From: Stellaceae bacterium
Lineage (GTDB): Bacteria; Pseudomonadota; Alphaproteobacteria; ATCC43930; CGMCC-115725
Direction of reading: 5' to 3'
Length of the DNA: 64,000 bases
Assembly: GCA_035648415.1 (NCBI GenBank)
Contig: DASRLO010000041.1
Span: 20,966 to 84,965, forward strand
The notes below the pieces were generated by a model. It did no database searches, was not told the origin of the DNA, and saw only the letters and a program-made list of their open reading frames with translations. The position numbers were made by a program, and so were the translations under genes. Positions 53,589 through 63,556 of this stretch are shown here, piece after piece. Every line of letters begins with the position of its first letter. Within the stretch, counting starts at the first letter, position 1.

Positions 53589-54815
53589 TTAGAGCACGCC
53601 CTCGCTCTTCAGCGCGGCGAGGCCGCCGGCGTCGATGCCGAGCCAATCGTGCAGCACCTCGGCGCTGTCCTGACCCAAGGCCGGCGAACCTTTCAGCCGC
53701 ACCGTCTTGCCGTCGACCCGCACCGGCCAGCTCGCCATCTTGTACTCGCCGTTGTGGTGCTGGACGGTCTGCATCAGCCCGCGCTCGACGAAGCTCGGCT
53801 CGTTCTGCAATTCCATGGTGTCGAACACCGCGCCGGCCGGCACGCCGACGGCAATCAGCTTTTCCATGACCTCGCGCTTGTCGTGCTGACGGGTGTACTC
53901 GCCGATGATCGCGTCGAGCTCGTCGGAGTGCGCAACACGGGCGTCGCCGGTCGCGAACTTGGGGTCCTCGATCAACTCCTCGCGGCCGATCAGCTTCATC
54001 AGCCGCGTAAAATGCTCGGGGTTTGCACGGCTGGTGGTCAGGTACATGTAGTCGTTCGGCCCGCCGCCCTTGCACGGGTAGAGCCCGGCGGGCGAATTGT
54101 TGCCCGCGCTCGGCTTGGCGCCGCGGCGCTGCGCCGGCTTGCCGGTGCGCGCCATCGTCGCAAAGCAGGTGCGCATGTAGTGGATCATCGCGTCCTGCAT
54201 CGCGACTTCCAGCCGGCGGCCGACGCCGGTGCGGTTGCGCTCGTGCAGCGCGCCGAGGATCGTCGCCGCCATCAGCATGCCGGTGCCGGTGTCGCCAAAG
54301 CTGAGGCCGGGCTTGACCGGCGGCCGGCCGGGCTCGCCGGTGACGCTGATCGGGCCGCCGGCGGCCTGCGCGATCATGTCGAAGGCCAGCCCCTTCTCGT
54401 GCGGGCTGCCGCTGGCAAAACCCTTGACCTGGCAATAGATAATGCGGGGATTGATCTTCCTGACCTCGTCATAGGAGAGGCCGAGGCGCTCGATCGTGCC
54501 GGGCGCCATGTTCTCGGCGACGATGTCGGCCTTCTTGATCAACTCCTTGACGATGTCGAGACCCTTCGGCGACTTGAGGTTGAGGGTCAGCGACTTCTTG
54601 TTGACGTTGAACTGGTAGAAATACCAGGGGTCGTCATCTGGCTTGCCGGGGCGCAGCCGGCGGCCGGGATCGCCGCGGCCGGGGTTCTCGATCTTCACGA
54701 CCTCGGCGCCGAACCAGGCCAGTACCTCGGTGCAGGTGGTGCCCGCCTCGAACTGGGTGAAATCGACCACCTTGACGCCCTGCAGAAAATTGAGGTCCTG
54801 GGTCATTTCGGTCAT
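53589..54815 (-). CDS. Family III CoA-transferase (CaiB/BaiF; formyl-CoA-transferase-like)
   Basis: 408 aa. The N-terminal motif is GVKVVDFTQFEAGTTCTEVLAWFGAEVVKIE, followed by the catalytic Asp region AFDMIAQAAGG. Confidence 0.85.
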   Translation of the reverse strand: MTEMTQDLNFLQGVKVVDFTQFEAGTTCTEVLAWFGAEVVKIENPGRGDPGRRLRPGKPDDDPWYFYQFNVNKKSLTLNLKSPKGLDIVKELIKKADIVAENMAPGTIERLGLSYDEVRKINPRIIYCQVKGFASGSPHEKGLAFDMIAQAAGGPISVTGEPGRPPVKPGLSFGDTGTGMLMAATILGALHERNRTGVGRRLEVAMQDAMIHYMRTCFATMARTGKPAQRRGAKPSAGNNSPAGLYPCKGGGPNDYMYLTTSRANPEHFTRLMKLIGREELIEDPKFATGDARVAHSDELDAIIGEYTRQHDKREVMEKLIAVGVPAGAVFDTMELQNEPSFVERGLMQTVQHHNGEYKMASWPVRVDGKTVRLKGSPALGQDSAEVLHDWLGIDAGGLAALKSEGVL

Positions 54816-54959
54816 CGTCGGTCCTTCCGAGAGTGCGCATGGCGGACAGCGTGCGCCTTATCGTGCCGGCCCGCAACGCCGGCAGCGCCAAATTCCAGCC
54901 GCGACATCGTGCGGATTTGGGATAATTTGCATGCCTGTCAGCGCGAGGAGGAAATCGCC

Positions 54960-55337
54960 ATGAAGGTGGTCACGCTTAAGAATATCCCCGATCTTCCGGT
55001 GGAAGGCGCGGAGCGGATCGAAGGCTGGACGGGGCCGGTGTCGCGGTCACGTCAGACCATCATCGAGCCTGGGGATTCCGGTAACTACAACGCCAGCGTG
55101 GTGAATTTCAGCCAGGGCTGCACCACCGGCTGGCATACCCATACCTGCGACCAGATCCTGGTGGTGACCTCGGGCTCCGGCATGGTGGCGACCGAGGGCG
55201 GGACGCCGCAGGAGATCAACATCGGCGACGTCGTCCACATCAAGGCCGGCGAGCGCCACTGGCACGGCGCCAAGGCGGACACGACGATGGGTCACATCAC
55301 CATCACCGCCGTCGGCGGTCAAGCCAAGTGGGGGTAG
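54960..55337 (+). CDS. Cupin-domain protein
   Basis: This is the in-frame tail of ORF 53361..55337, from MKVVTLKN. The ATG follows GAGGAGG. Cupin motifs are GWHTHTCDQILVV and HIKAGERHWHGA. Confidence 0.7.
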   Translation: MKVVTLKNIPDLPVEGAERIEGWTGPVSRSRQTIIEPGDSGNYNASVVNFSQGCTTGWHTHTCDQILVVTSGSGMVATEGGTPQEINIGDVVHIKAGERHWHGAKADTTMGHITITAVGGQAKWG

Positions 55338-55340
55338 CCG

Positions 55341-56528
55341 CTAGCGCCGCGGCGGGTGGGCGCGGACGAACTCCTCGTTGACCTCGGCGCCCCAGCCGGG
55401 GCCGGTCGGCAGCAGCAGGTCGCCGTTCTCGATCACCGGCGGCACGGTGACGATGTCGTCCTTCCACAGCACGTCGTCGATGTCGATCTCCATGACTTTG
55501 AAGTTGGGGATCGCGGCGCACATGTGGGCGCTGATCAACGTGCCGAGATGGCCGTTGAAATTGTGCGGCGCGACGTTGACCTCGAACGAATCGGCCATGT
55601 TGGCGATCTTCACCGATTCGAGGATGCCGTTCCACGCCACGTCGATGATCGCGTAGTCCACCGCTTGGCTCTCGAAGAACGGGCGGAACTGGCGGCGGCC
55701 GTAGATAGACTCCAGAGAGGCTATCGGCGTGCGGCTGGAATTGCGGATGCGCGCGAGGCCCGGCGGGTCGTAAAGGTCGATCTCGAGCCACACCAGGTCG
55801 AGCGGCTCCAGCGCCCGCGCCAGCTTGATGTAGCCGTCGATCTTGTAGTTGAAATTGGTGTCGAGGTGCAGGCCGACCCCCTTGCCGGCGCCCTCGCGGA
55901 ACGCCGAAAGCTGGTCGACCGCGGCGGCGACGATGCTGCTGTCGACATTCAATTCGGGAAAGCCGGGCGGGTTGCCGGTGCCGGGGCCGTACATCGAGGC
56001 TTTGCCGCCGTCGAAGCGGATGAGGTTGGTCTTGAGACCCCGGAAGCCCTTGGCTTTGACCTCGGCGCCGAGCTTGACGATGTCGTCGCGGCTGCGCACC
56101 GGCTCGACCCCGGCCCATTCCTTGATGCGGTCGGCATAGCGCGCGCGGTAGGTGCCGCAATGCGACCAGTAGAGCTGCAACCGGTCGCGCACCGGGCCGC
56201 CGAGCAGCTCGTAGACCGGGACGCCAAGCGCCTTGGCCTTGATGTCGACCAGGGCGTTCTCGATCGCGCCGATCGCCTGCGCGTTGAGCCCGCCCGCCGC
56301 CTGGCGGGTCGCGGCGTAGAGGTAGGTGCTGTGGCGCTCGACCGGGCGCGGGTCCTGGCCGACGAGGCGCGCGCCGAGCTTTTCGATGACCGTACCGAGC
56401 CCCTGCGCGCCGTAGCCCTCCATGAACTCGGACCAGCCGGTGATGCCCTCGTCGGTGGAGATCTTGACAAAGGAATTGACCCGCCAGCCGGCGTCGCAAT
56501 GCAGGGTTTCGAGCTTGGTGATTTTCAT
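55341..56528 (-). CDS. Enolase-superfamily enzyme (mandelate racemase / galactonate-dehydratase-like)
   Basis: Lies in ORF 55341..56621, from MKITKLETLHCDAGWR. It has IENALVDIKAKALGVPVYELLGG and metal-ligand regions (LHLDTN, WLEID). Confidence 0.85.
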   Translation of the reverse strand: MKITKLETLHCDAGWRVNSFVKISTDEGITGWSEFMEGYGAQGLGTVIEKLGARLVGQDPRPVERHSTYLYAATRQAAGGLNAQAIGAIENALVDIKAKALGVPVYELLGGPVRDRLQLYWSHCGTYRARYADRIKEWAGVEPVRSRDDIVKLGAEVKAKGFRGLKTNLIRFDGGKASMYGPGTGNPPGFPELNVDSSIVAAAVDQLSAFREGAGKGVGLHLDTNFNYKIDGYIKLARALEPLDLVWLEIDLYDPPGLARIRNSSRTPIASLESIYGRRQFRPFFESQAVDYAIIDVAWNGILESVKIANMADSFEVNVAPHNFNGHLGTLISAHMCAAIPNFKVMEIDIDDVLWKDDIVTVPPVIENGDLLLPTGPGWGAEVNEEFVRAHPPRR

Positions 56529-56659
56529 GACGGGCTCCGCAAGCAGGCTAAATATCATGCGCCGCCAAATCGCGGCCGCCAACTCTCCGCCGCCCGACCG
56601 CGGACGCGTCCTGGTTGACATCGCCGGGGGGCGGGCTTATTTCCGCCCGACCGCGGGAG

Positions 56660-56746
56660 GCCCAGGTGGCGGAATTGGTAGACGCGCAGGTTTCAGGTAC
56701 CTGTGGCAGCAATGTCGTGGAAGTTCGAGTCTTCTCCTGGGCACCA
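56660..56746 (+). tRNA. tRNA-Leu (anticodon CAG)
   Basis: The 87-nt sequence was folded by hand. The acceptor stem is GCCCAGG/CCTGGGC. The anticodon stem is CAGGT/ACCTG with loop TTCAGGT. It has a long variable arm, a T-loop TTCGAGT and an encoded CCA. Confidence 0.9.
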
Positions 56747-56832
56747 CTCTTTTAGACCGCCTAATCATTCTTCCTCGATCTTGTCGCCGATCGCCGCGAT
56801 GCGGCACCTTTACCCTTGATAGGAGGCGAAGG

Positions 56833-57084
56833 ATGCGGCTCTCCGGGCGTTCGCTGGGGTTGCTCGTGCTTGCCGGGCTGGGCGCTTGTTCGGACGCGCG
56901 GATCACCGAAGACACGCCGGCGGCGGTCAGCGTGCGTTACGACGGCGTGGTCCAAACACTCAATGACGCCACCGTTGTCGCGCAGCGAACCTGCGCCGCC
57001 CACGGCAAGACCGCGCGACTACGCAGCACCGACATGAGAGCCATTCTTGAGCGCTTCGCCCATTTCGACTGCGTGAGCGGTTAG
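56833..57084 (+). CDS. Small lipoprotein (83 aa), function unknown
   Basis: This is the in-frame tail of ORF 56422..57084. The ATG follows AGGAGG, and the signal peptide carries lipobox LAGLGAC. Confidence 0.6.
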   Translation: MRLSGRSLGLLVLAGLGACSDARITEDTPAAVSVRYDGVVQTLNDATVVAQRTCAAHGKTARLRSTDMRAILERFAHFDCVSG

Positions 57085-57152
57085 ACCGACCGGCTCAGCG
57101 GCCGTCTATGTTCGGCGCGAGATTGCTTTGGAGCCGGAGCCTTCTTGTTTCG

Positions 57153-57189
57153 CCAAATTCAGAGGCTACCACCAAATTCAGAGCTACCA
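57153..57189. repeat. Tandem direct repeat (19 + 18 nt)
   Basis: ccaaattcagaggctacca (57153-57171) is followed directly by ccaaattcagagctacca (57172-57189). A further gctacca lies near 57239. Confidence 0.8.
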
Positions 57190-57327
57190 ACTGCATCGAG
57201 GGACACCTACGCGCTTCTGGCGAGGGTTAATCCGGGTGGCTACCAGCGCCGACCCGTGTTACAAGCTTGTGCAACAAGCGGGGACTTAGGAGCATTATTA
57301 TCTCCCGAATTTCAACGGCTTACGAAA

Positions 57328-57347
57328 TCTCCTTCTGGGCACCATTC
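57328..57347 (+). repeat. Degenerate direct repeat of the tRNA-Leu 3' end (candidate att remnant)
   Basis: tctccttctgggcaccattc compared with the tRNA 3' end tcttctcctgggcaccactc (56730-56749) gives 17/20 identical positions, with a perfect 10-nt core ctgggcacca. Confidence 0.5.
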
Positions 57348-57358
57348 GGTAGCGGCCG

Positions 57359-57970
57359 ATGACGCATCACCTCCACCCCGGTGATCTTCCCGAGGGCATT
57401 AGGTTCGGCGATTCGGTCGCCGTCGATACCGAAGCGATGGGGCTCAATCCGCATCGCGACCGGCTGTGCCTGGTGCAGCTTTCGGCGGGCGACGGCGACG
57501 CGCATCTCGTGCAGCTCGAGCCGGGGCTTTACGCCGCGCCGCGGCTGAAGGCGCTGATGGCCGACCCGACGATCACCAAGCTGTTCCACTTCGCCCGTTT
57601 CGATTTGGGGATGATCTATCGGTATCTCGGCGTCATGACCGGCCCGGTCTATTGCACCAAGATCGCCTCGCGCCTCGCGCGCACCTTTACCGACCGGCAC
57701 GGTCTGCGCGATTTGTGCAAGGATTTGCTCGGCGTCGATCTGTCGAAGCAGCAGCAGAGCTCGGATTGGGGCGCGGCGACGCTCACCGATCAACAGCTGC
57801 AATATGCGGCGGCCGACGTGTTGCACCTGCACGCGCTGCGCGCCAAGCTCGACATGATGCTGGAGCGCGAAGGGCGCGCCGACCTCGCCCGCGCCGCTTT
57901 CGACTTTCTTCCGGCGCGCGTCTTGCTTGACCTGGAGGGGTGGCCGGAGCAAGACATCTTCGCACATTGA
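57359..57970 (+). CDS. rnd: Short RNase D-like 3'-5' exonuclease
   Basis: 203 aa. DEDD motifs are VAVDTEAMGL, KLFHFARFDL and YAAADVLHL. Confidence 0.85.
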   Translation: MTHHLHPGDLPEGIRFGDSVAVDTEAMGLNPHRDRLCLVQLSAGDGDAHLVQLEPGLYAAPRLKALMADPTITKLFHFARFDLGMIYRYLGVMTGPVYCTKIASRLARTFTDRHGLRDLCKDLLGVDLSKQQQSSDWGAATLTDQQLQYAAADVLHLHALRAKLDMMLEREGRADLARAAFDFLPARVLLDLEGWPEQDIFAH

Positions 57971-58055
57971 CGGGGCGGCGGCGCCGCGCCCGCGGGGAAT
58001 GCCTGGGGTTCTGCCACCGGCGTGCGAATGGGGACCACGCGACACGGTTCGTTTA

Positions 58056-59078
58056 ATGGACGATGCCCAAGCGAATCTTTCGGGCGACGCCGCTAATCGC
58101 GGGCGGCAAACGGCGCTCGCGCACGACCTTGCCGTGGGCCGCCGGGTGATCCGCGCCGAGATCGAAGGCCTGCGGCAGCTCGCCGAGGCGCTCGACGGCG
58201 GGTTTGGCGCAGCGCTCGATTTATGCGCCGCCGCGTCGGGGCGGCTGATCGTCACCGGCATCGGCAAAAGCGGCCATGTCGCCCGCAAGATCGCGGCGAC
58301 CCTCGTCTCGACCGGGACGCCGGCGCAATTCGTCCATCCGGCCGAGGCCAGCCACGGCGATCTCGGGATGATCGGCGCCGGCGACGTCGTGATCGCGCTG
58401 TCGAATTCGGGAAACAGCGCCGAGCTCGCCGACATCGTCGCCTATTCCCGACGCTTTGAGATCCCGCTCGTCGCGATGACCGGCGACCGGCGCTCGACGC
58501 TTGCCGAGGCCGCCGACGTGGTGATGCTGCTGCCCGCTGCGGCCGAGGCCTGCTCGATGGGACTGACCCCGACCACCTCGACGACGATGATGCTGGCGCT
58601 CGGCGACGCGCTCGCAGTGGCGCTGCTCGAGCGCAAGGGTTTCTCGACCGCCGACTTCCAGCTCTTCCATCCCGGCGGCTCGATCGGCCGCAAGCTGCTG
58701 CGCGTCGGCGACATCATGCATAGCGGCGACGCGATCCCGCTCGCCGCCGGGCACATGCCGATGTCCGAGGCGATCCTGGTGATGACCGCCAAAAGCTTTG
58801 GCTGCGTCGGCGTATGCGACGGCGAGGGCAAGCTGGTCGGCGTCATCACCGACGGCGACCTGCGCCGCCATATGGGCGACGCGCTGCTCGGGCGCACGGT
58901 GGCCGAGGTCATGCACCGCGAGCCGAAGACGATCGGTGCGGCCCGGCTCGCCGGCGAGGCGCTGGCGATGATGACCGGCCAAGCGCCGCCGACGACCTCG
59001 CTCTTCGTCGTCGACGATGCCGGACGGGCGGCCGGGTTCATCCACATGCACGATTGCGTGCGCGCCGGGGTCGCATGA
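58056..59078 (+). CDS. kpsF: Arabinose-5-phosphate isomerase (SIS + tandem CBS), KpsF/GutQ family
   Basis: Lies in ORF 57927..59078, from MDDAQ. The SIS motif is IVTGIGKSGHVARKIAATLVSTGTP, followed by two CBS domains. Confidence 0.88.
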   Translation: MDDAQANLSGDAANRGRQTALAHDLAVGRRVIRAEIEGLRQLAEALDGGFGAALDLCAAASGRLIVTGIGKSGHVARKIAATLVSTGTPAQFVHPAEASHGDLGMIGAGDVVIALSNSGNSAELADIVAYSRRFEIPLVAMTGDRRSTLAEAADVVMLLPAAAEACSMGLTPTTSTTMMLALGDALAVALLERKGFSTADFQLFHPGGSIGRKLLRVGDIMHSGDAIPLAAGHMPMSEAILVMTAKSFGCVGVCDGEGKLVGVITDGDLRRHMGDALLGRTVAEVMHREPKTIGAARLAGEALAMMTGQAPPTTSLFVVDDAGRAAGFIHMHDCVRAGVA

Positions 59079-59980
59079 TCGGCAGGAGCGTCCCCCGGCC
59101 CGCCGGCGCCGCCGACGCCGGGCTCGGCACTGTCCAATCGGCGATCGCCAATTGGGTGGCGCGGCTTCCCGGCAATCGCTACAGCCGGCGCGTGGTGCTG
59201 CTCAAGATGACCTTACCGGCCATCGGGTTGACGCTGCTGCTGATGGTCGTGGCTTGGCCGCGCCTTGCACCGCTGTTCGACCGCCTGCGCTTTGCCGCGA
59301 TCGATCTGCGCGAAGCGCGCGAGCTGCGGATGCTGAAACCGCGCTACGCGGGGACCGACCGCAACGGCAATCCGTTTCTGGTCACCGCCGCGGTCGGCCG
59401 CCAGGTGCCGGAGCGCAACGACGTGATGGCCCTCGACCGGCCCGAGGCCGACCTCAAAAGCCATAACGGCGCCAACATCGTCGTCACCGCCGATAGCGGG
59501 GTCTATCAAACCCAGACGCAATTCCTCGACGCGTTCGGCAACGTGACCCTGACGCACCAAAACGGCACCAAGATCACCACCCCGTCGGCGCGGCTCGATG
59601 CGGCCAATAGCGCCGCCGAGGGTCACGACCGGGTCGAGGGGCACGGCCCCAGCGGCGACATCGTCGCGCAGGGGTTTCGAGTCATCGACAAGGGCGACAT
59701 CGTGCTGTTCACCGGCCAGTCGAACTTGGTGCTCAACGGCACGAAGAGCGACCAATCGCCGGCCGCTTCGGCCGCGACGCCCGGTGCGCTTCCGGCTCCC
59801 ATCGCCCAGGCCGCCGCGCGGCTGGAGAAAGCCGAGACCAAACCCGCGCCGGTCGCGCGGCCCGCGCCGGCACGGCACGCCGCCCCGTCCCACGCGGCCA
59901 AGGCGCCGGCGCCTCCCAAAACGGCGCCTCCCAGGCCGGCGCCTCCCAGGCCGGCGGCGAAGAAGCCGGCCTGGCGATGA
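59075..59980 (+). CDS. lptC: LPS export protein LptC with Pro/Ala-rich C-terminal extension
   Basis: Lies in ORF 58814..59980, from MIGRS, with an ATGA overlap with kpsF. It has a TM anchor (LPAIGLTLLLMVVAW) and an LptC fold region (MLKPRYAGTDRNGNPFLVTA). It lies upstream of lptA. Confidence 0.8.
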   Translation: MIGRSVPRPAGAADAGLGTVQSAIANWVARLPGNRYSRRVVLLKMTLPAIGLTLLLMVVAWPRLAPLFDRLRFAAIDLREARELRMLKPRYAGTDRNGNPFLVTAAVGRQVPERNDVMALDRPEADLKSHNGANIVVTADSGVYQTQTQFLDAFGNVTLTHQNGTKITTPSARLDAANSAAEGHDRVEGHGPSGDIVAQGFRVIDKGDIVLFTGQSNLVLNGTKSDQSPAASAATPGALPAPIAQAAARLEKAETKPAPVARPAPARHAAPSHAAKAPAPPKTAPPRPAPPRPAAKKPAWR

Positions 59981-60987
59981 CGCCGCTTCGGTCGCGATTG
60001 CCATTGTTGGCCGTGGGGTTGGCGTTCGCAGGCCTGAGCCAGGCGCAGGCCCAGCTCGGCACCGCCGACAACAGCTCGCCGATCAACATCCAGGCCGATT
60101 CGGGCATCGAGTGGCAACAGAACCAGCAGCTTTATATCGCTCGCGGCAATGCCATCGCGGTTCGCGGCCCCGCGACGATCAAGGCCGACACGCTCATCGC
60201 TCATTACCGCGAGGTAGAACCGGGCGCCGTCGTCAATGCGGCCAGCACCGGAAACAACACCGAGATCTACCGGGTGGAGGCCGACGGCCACGTCACGATC
60301 ACCCGCGACAACCGCACCGTGGTCGGCGACCATGCCGACTACGATATCGATCAGGGCATCGGCATCGTCCGCGGCAAGGCGCTGAAGATGACCACGGCAT
60401 CCGACGTCGTCACCGCGCGCGACGCGCTCGAATGGTACGACGCCAAGCAGATCGCGATCGCCCGCGGCGATGCGGTCGCGGTGCATAACGGGCGGACGAT
60501 CAAGGCCGATGTCCTGACCGCCTATATGGTCAAGGCGGCGCCGAGCGCGGAGCCCGGAAAGTCCGCCTCGCCGCCAAAGCCGGCGCCGCCGCCCGGCAAA
60601 CCGGGAGTCCCCGCGGCGGCGAATGACGAAGCCTCGAAAATCGACCGGATCGACGCCCAAGGCCATGTCGTCGTCGTCAACGCGGCGGATATCGGCCGCG
60701 GCGATTACGGCGTCTACAACGCGGGGACCGGGATCTGCACCCTGCTCGGCAACGTCACCATCACCCGCGGCGCGGAAGTGATCACCGGACAATACGCGGT
60801 GATGAACATGAACACGAACATCAGCCGCATCCTGCCGGCCTCGACGCTGCCGGGCAGCACCCAGAAGCGGGTCACGGGCTTGTTCGTCAAACAGGATATG
60901 CCGGGCGCCGCCGGGGGAGCTGCGGCGGGAGCCGCCGGGAGCGCGGCCGCGGCCAAACCGGCGCCGGCCGCAGGCAAGAAGCCCTGA
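59977..60987 (+). CDS. lptA: LPS transport periplasmic protein LptA (OstA-like)
   Basis: 336 aa with a signal peptide ending AQAQ and OstA_N repeats ([11 protein letters not shown]...ARGNAIAV). It has an ATGA overlap with lptC. Confidence 0.85.
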   Translation: MTPLRSRLPLLAVGLAFAGLSQAQAQLGTADNSSPINIQADSGIEWQQNQQLYIARGNAIAVRGPATIKADTLIAHYREVEPGAVVNAASTGNNTEIYRVEADGHVTITRDNRTVVGDHADYDIDQGIGIVRGKALKMTTASDVVTARDALEWYDAKQIAIARGDAVAVHNGRTIKADVLTAYMVKAAPSAEPGKSASPPKPAPPPGKPGVPAAANDEASKIDRIDAQGHVVVVNAADIGRGDYGVYNAGTGICTLLGNVTITRGAEVITGQYAVMNMNTNISRILPASTLPGSTQKRVTGLFVKQDMPGAAGGAAAGAAGSAAAAKPAPAAGKKP

Positions 60988-61832
60988 TGCGCGGCGACGA
61001 TCCGGTTTCGCGCGGCGACGAGCCATTCTTTCCCGACGGGCACGTGCCGCAATGGATCGCGCCGGGTCCGGCCTCCGCGCCAGCGCGCGGTCCACGGCTG
61101 GTCGCCGACAACAAGGGGCTTTCCGGCCGTGGGCTCGGCAAAAGCTTCAAGCGGCGCGTGGTGCTGCGCGACGTCAACGTGTCGGTGCAGCGCGGCGAGG
61201 TGGTTGGGCTGCTCGGGCCGAACGGCGCCGGCAAGACCACCTGCTTCTACATCATCATTGGCCTCATTGCCGCCGATACCGGAATCGTCAACCTCGACGG
61301 CGAGGACATCACCTACCTGCCGATGTACCGGCGGGCGCGGCTCGGCATCGGCTATCTGCCGCAGGAAGCGTCGATCTTCCGCGGTCTCACGGTCGAGCAG
61401 AACATCCGCGCGATCCTCGAGATCGCCGAACCCGAGCCGGAGACCCGCGAGGCGATGCTCGACTCGCTGCTCGCCGAATTCTCGATCAGCCATTTGCGCC
61501 GCGCCCCGGCGATGGCGCTGTCGGGCGGCGAGCGGCGCCGCTGCGAGATCGCGCGGGCGCTCGCTACCCAGCCGAACTTCATCCTCCTGGACGAGCCGCT
61601 GGCCGGCATCGACCCGATCGCGATCAATGATATCCGCGACCTGGTGAAGCACCTGAAAAACCGGGGAATTGGGGTGCTGATCACCGATCACAACGTACGG
61701 GAAGCGTTCCAGATCGTGGACCGGGCCTATATCTTGCATGAAGGGCGCGTACTGATGGAGGGTCCACCGGCCGAGATTGTCGCGGATGCCGAGGTTAGGC
61801 GCGTTTACCTGGGCGAAAGATTCAGCCTATAA
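60987..61832 (+). CDS. lptB: LPS export ABC transporter ATP-binding protein LptB
   Basis: 281 aa. Walker A is GPNGAGKTT, the signature is LSGGERRR, and Walker B is ILLDEP. It has an N-terminal ~40-aa extension and a TGATG junction with lptA. Confidence 0.9.
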   Translation: MRGDDPVSRGDEPFFPDGHVPQWIAPGPASAPARGPRLVADNKGLSGRGLGKSFKRRVVLRDVNVSVQRGEVVGLLGPNGAGKTTCFYIIIGLIAADTGIVNLDGEDITYLPMYRRARLGIGYLPQEASIFRGLTVEQNIRAILEIAEPEPETREAMLDSLLAEFSISHLRRAPAMALSGGERRRCEIARALATQPNFILLDEPLAGIDPIAINDIRDLVKHLKNRGIGVLITDHNVREAFQIVDRAYILHEGRVLMEGPPAEIVADAEVRRVYLGERFSL

Positions 61833-61854
61833 GCCGCTCCGAACGGAGCGCGGC

Positions 61855-63366
61855 TTGAATCGGATCGGTTTCTCACAGCGGTTGGAGCTTCGCCAGAGCC
61901 AGGCTCTGGTGATGACGCCACAGCTGCAGCAGGCGATCAAGATGCTGCAGCTGTCCAATCTGGAACTCGCCGATTACGTCGATGCCGAGATCGAACAAAA
62001 CCCGCTGCTAGAGCGCACCGAGGGCGACGAGGACGGCGCTCCGATCGTCGAAGCCAACGGGGCCGGAGCGAACAATGTTGCCGTGGCGGCCGGACCGGCG
62101 GTGGCCACGGAAACCGCTGCCGCCGACTTCACCGCCGAGGGTGTCGAGCAGTGGGACGCCTCGCGCGGCGGCGACGGCGACGGTTCGGCCGGTTTCGACG
62201 GCGACACCGCTCCGTGGCGCAGCCGAAACGGCGCGGCTGACAGCGACGATTTCCCCGGACTCGACCAGGCCGCGGCGCGGCCGCGGACCTTGCGCGAGCA
62301 TATCTTGGAACAGATCGGCGCCGATCTGCCGAACCTGGCCGACCGGGTGATCGCCGTCTATCTGCTCGACCAGATCGATGAGGCCGGCTACCTGCGCGGC
62401 GCTCTCGACGATGCCGCATCACGGCTCGGCTGTGCGCCGGAGCGGATCGCGCCGGTGCTGGCTCGGCTCCAGGAGCTCGATCCGCCCGGCATTTTCGCCC
62501 GCGACCTGCCCGAATGCCTGGCGCTGCAGCTGCGCGACCGCAACCGGCTCGACCCGGCGATGCAAACGCTGCTCGATAATCTTCCGCTGTTGGCGGTGCG
62601 CAACGGCGGCGCGCTGATGCGCCTGTGCCGGGTCGATTCCGACGATCTCGCCGAAATGGTCGGCGAGATCAAATCGCTGGATCCGCGGCCCGGTCTCGCC
62701 TTCGACCCGCCGCAGGCCCAGCCGATCGTTCCCGACATCCTGATGCGGGCGCAGCCCGATGGCGGCTGGATCGTCGAACTGAACGCCGACACCTTGCCGC
62801 GCGTGCTGATCAACAATCGCTATTACGCCCGGATCAGCCGCGCGACGCGCAATAAGAGCGAGCGCGATTATATCACCGACCGGATGCAGGCGGCGAACTG
62901 GCTCGTCAAGTCGCTGCACCAGCGGGCGACGACGATCCTCAAGGTCGCGAGCGAGATCGTCGAGCAGCAGGACGGGTTCTTTCGCCAGGGGGTCCAGTCG
63001 CTGCGCCCCTTGATCCTGCGCGACATCGCCGACGCGATCGGCATGCACGAAAGCACCGTCAGCCGGGTGACGACCAACAAGTACATCGCCACGCCGCGCG
63101 GCCTCTTCGAGCTCAAATACTTCTTCACCTCCTCGATCGCCGCCTCGCGCGGCGGCGAAGCGCACTCGGCCGAAGCGGTGCGTTTCCGCATCCGCCATTT
63201 GATCGACCGCGAGGTGCTCGACAGCACCCTGTCCGACGAGCGGATCGTCGAGCTCTTGCAGGCCGACGGCGTCGACATCGCCCGTCGCACCGTCGCCAAG
63301 TACCGCGAAGCGATGCGCATCCCCTCGTCGGTGCAACGGCGCCGCGAAAAGCTGCTCACCCTTTAA
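61855..63366 (+). CDS. rpoN: RNA polymerase sigma-54 factor
   Basis: Lies in ORF 61777..63366. Region I is QRLELRQSQALVMTPQLQQAIKMLQLSNLEL, the RpoN box is ARRTVAKYRE, and the HTH is IADAIGMHESTVSRV. The TTG at 61855 lies 8 nt after GGAG, downstream of the lptB stop. Confidence 0.92.
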   Translation: MNRIGFSQRLELRQSQALVMTPQLQQAIKMLQLSNLELADYVDAEIEQNPLLERTEGDEDGAPIVEANGAGANNVAVAAGPAVATETAAADFTAEGVEQWDASRGGDGDGSAGFDGDTAPWRSRNGAADSDDFPGLDQAAARPRTLREHILEQIGADLPNLADRVIAVYLLDQIDEAGYLRGALDDAASRLGCAPERIAPVLARLQELDPPGIFARDLPECLALQLRDRNRLDPAMQTLLDNLPLLAVRNGGALMRLCRVDSDDLAEMVGEIKSLDPRPGLAFDPPQAQPIVPDILMRAQPDGGWIVELNADTLPRVLINNRYYARISRATRNKSERDYITDRMQAANWLVKSLHQRATTILKVASEIVEQQDGFFRQGVQSLRPLILRDIADAIGMHESTVSRVTTNKYIATPRGLFELKYFFTSSIAASRGGEAHSAEAVRFRIRHLIDREVLDSTLSDERIVELLQADGVDIARRTVAKYREAMRIPSSVQRRREKLLTL

Positions 63367-63434
63367 ATCAGCCTAAACTCCTCACGTCTAGAGCGATATG
63401 AGATTTAGCTGAATCGGTAAGTTACGCCTTCAAG

Positions 63435-63521
63435 TTCGCTCCCCGGCGAAAGCCGGGGTCCATTTTTCTGGTGCTCGGAGGGCTGACAAGTGGGTCCCGG
63501 CTTTCGCCGGGAAGCGGCGAA
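63435..63521. repeat. Nested-palindrome MITE-like element related to family A
   Basis: The arms are ttcgctccccggcgaaagccggggtcc (63435-63461) and gggtcccggctttcgccgggaagcggcgaa (63492-63521). The inner palindrome ccggcgaaagccgg parallels cccgcgaaagcggg at 40472-40551. Confidence 0.75.
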
Positions 63522-63556
63522 AAGGTCCTTACCCGTCCACCTCACTCGCAAGAGAG

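Noticed and set aside
57145-57384. 79-aa ORF in the tRNA-Leu islet spacer.
   Set aside because: It has a TTG start without an SD, runs through the tandem repeats and into the rnd start, and shows no coding-like composition.
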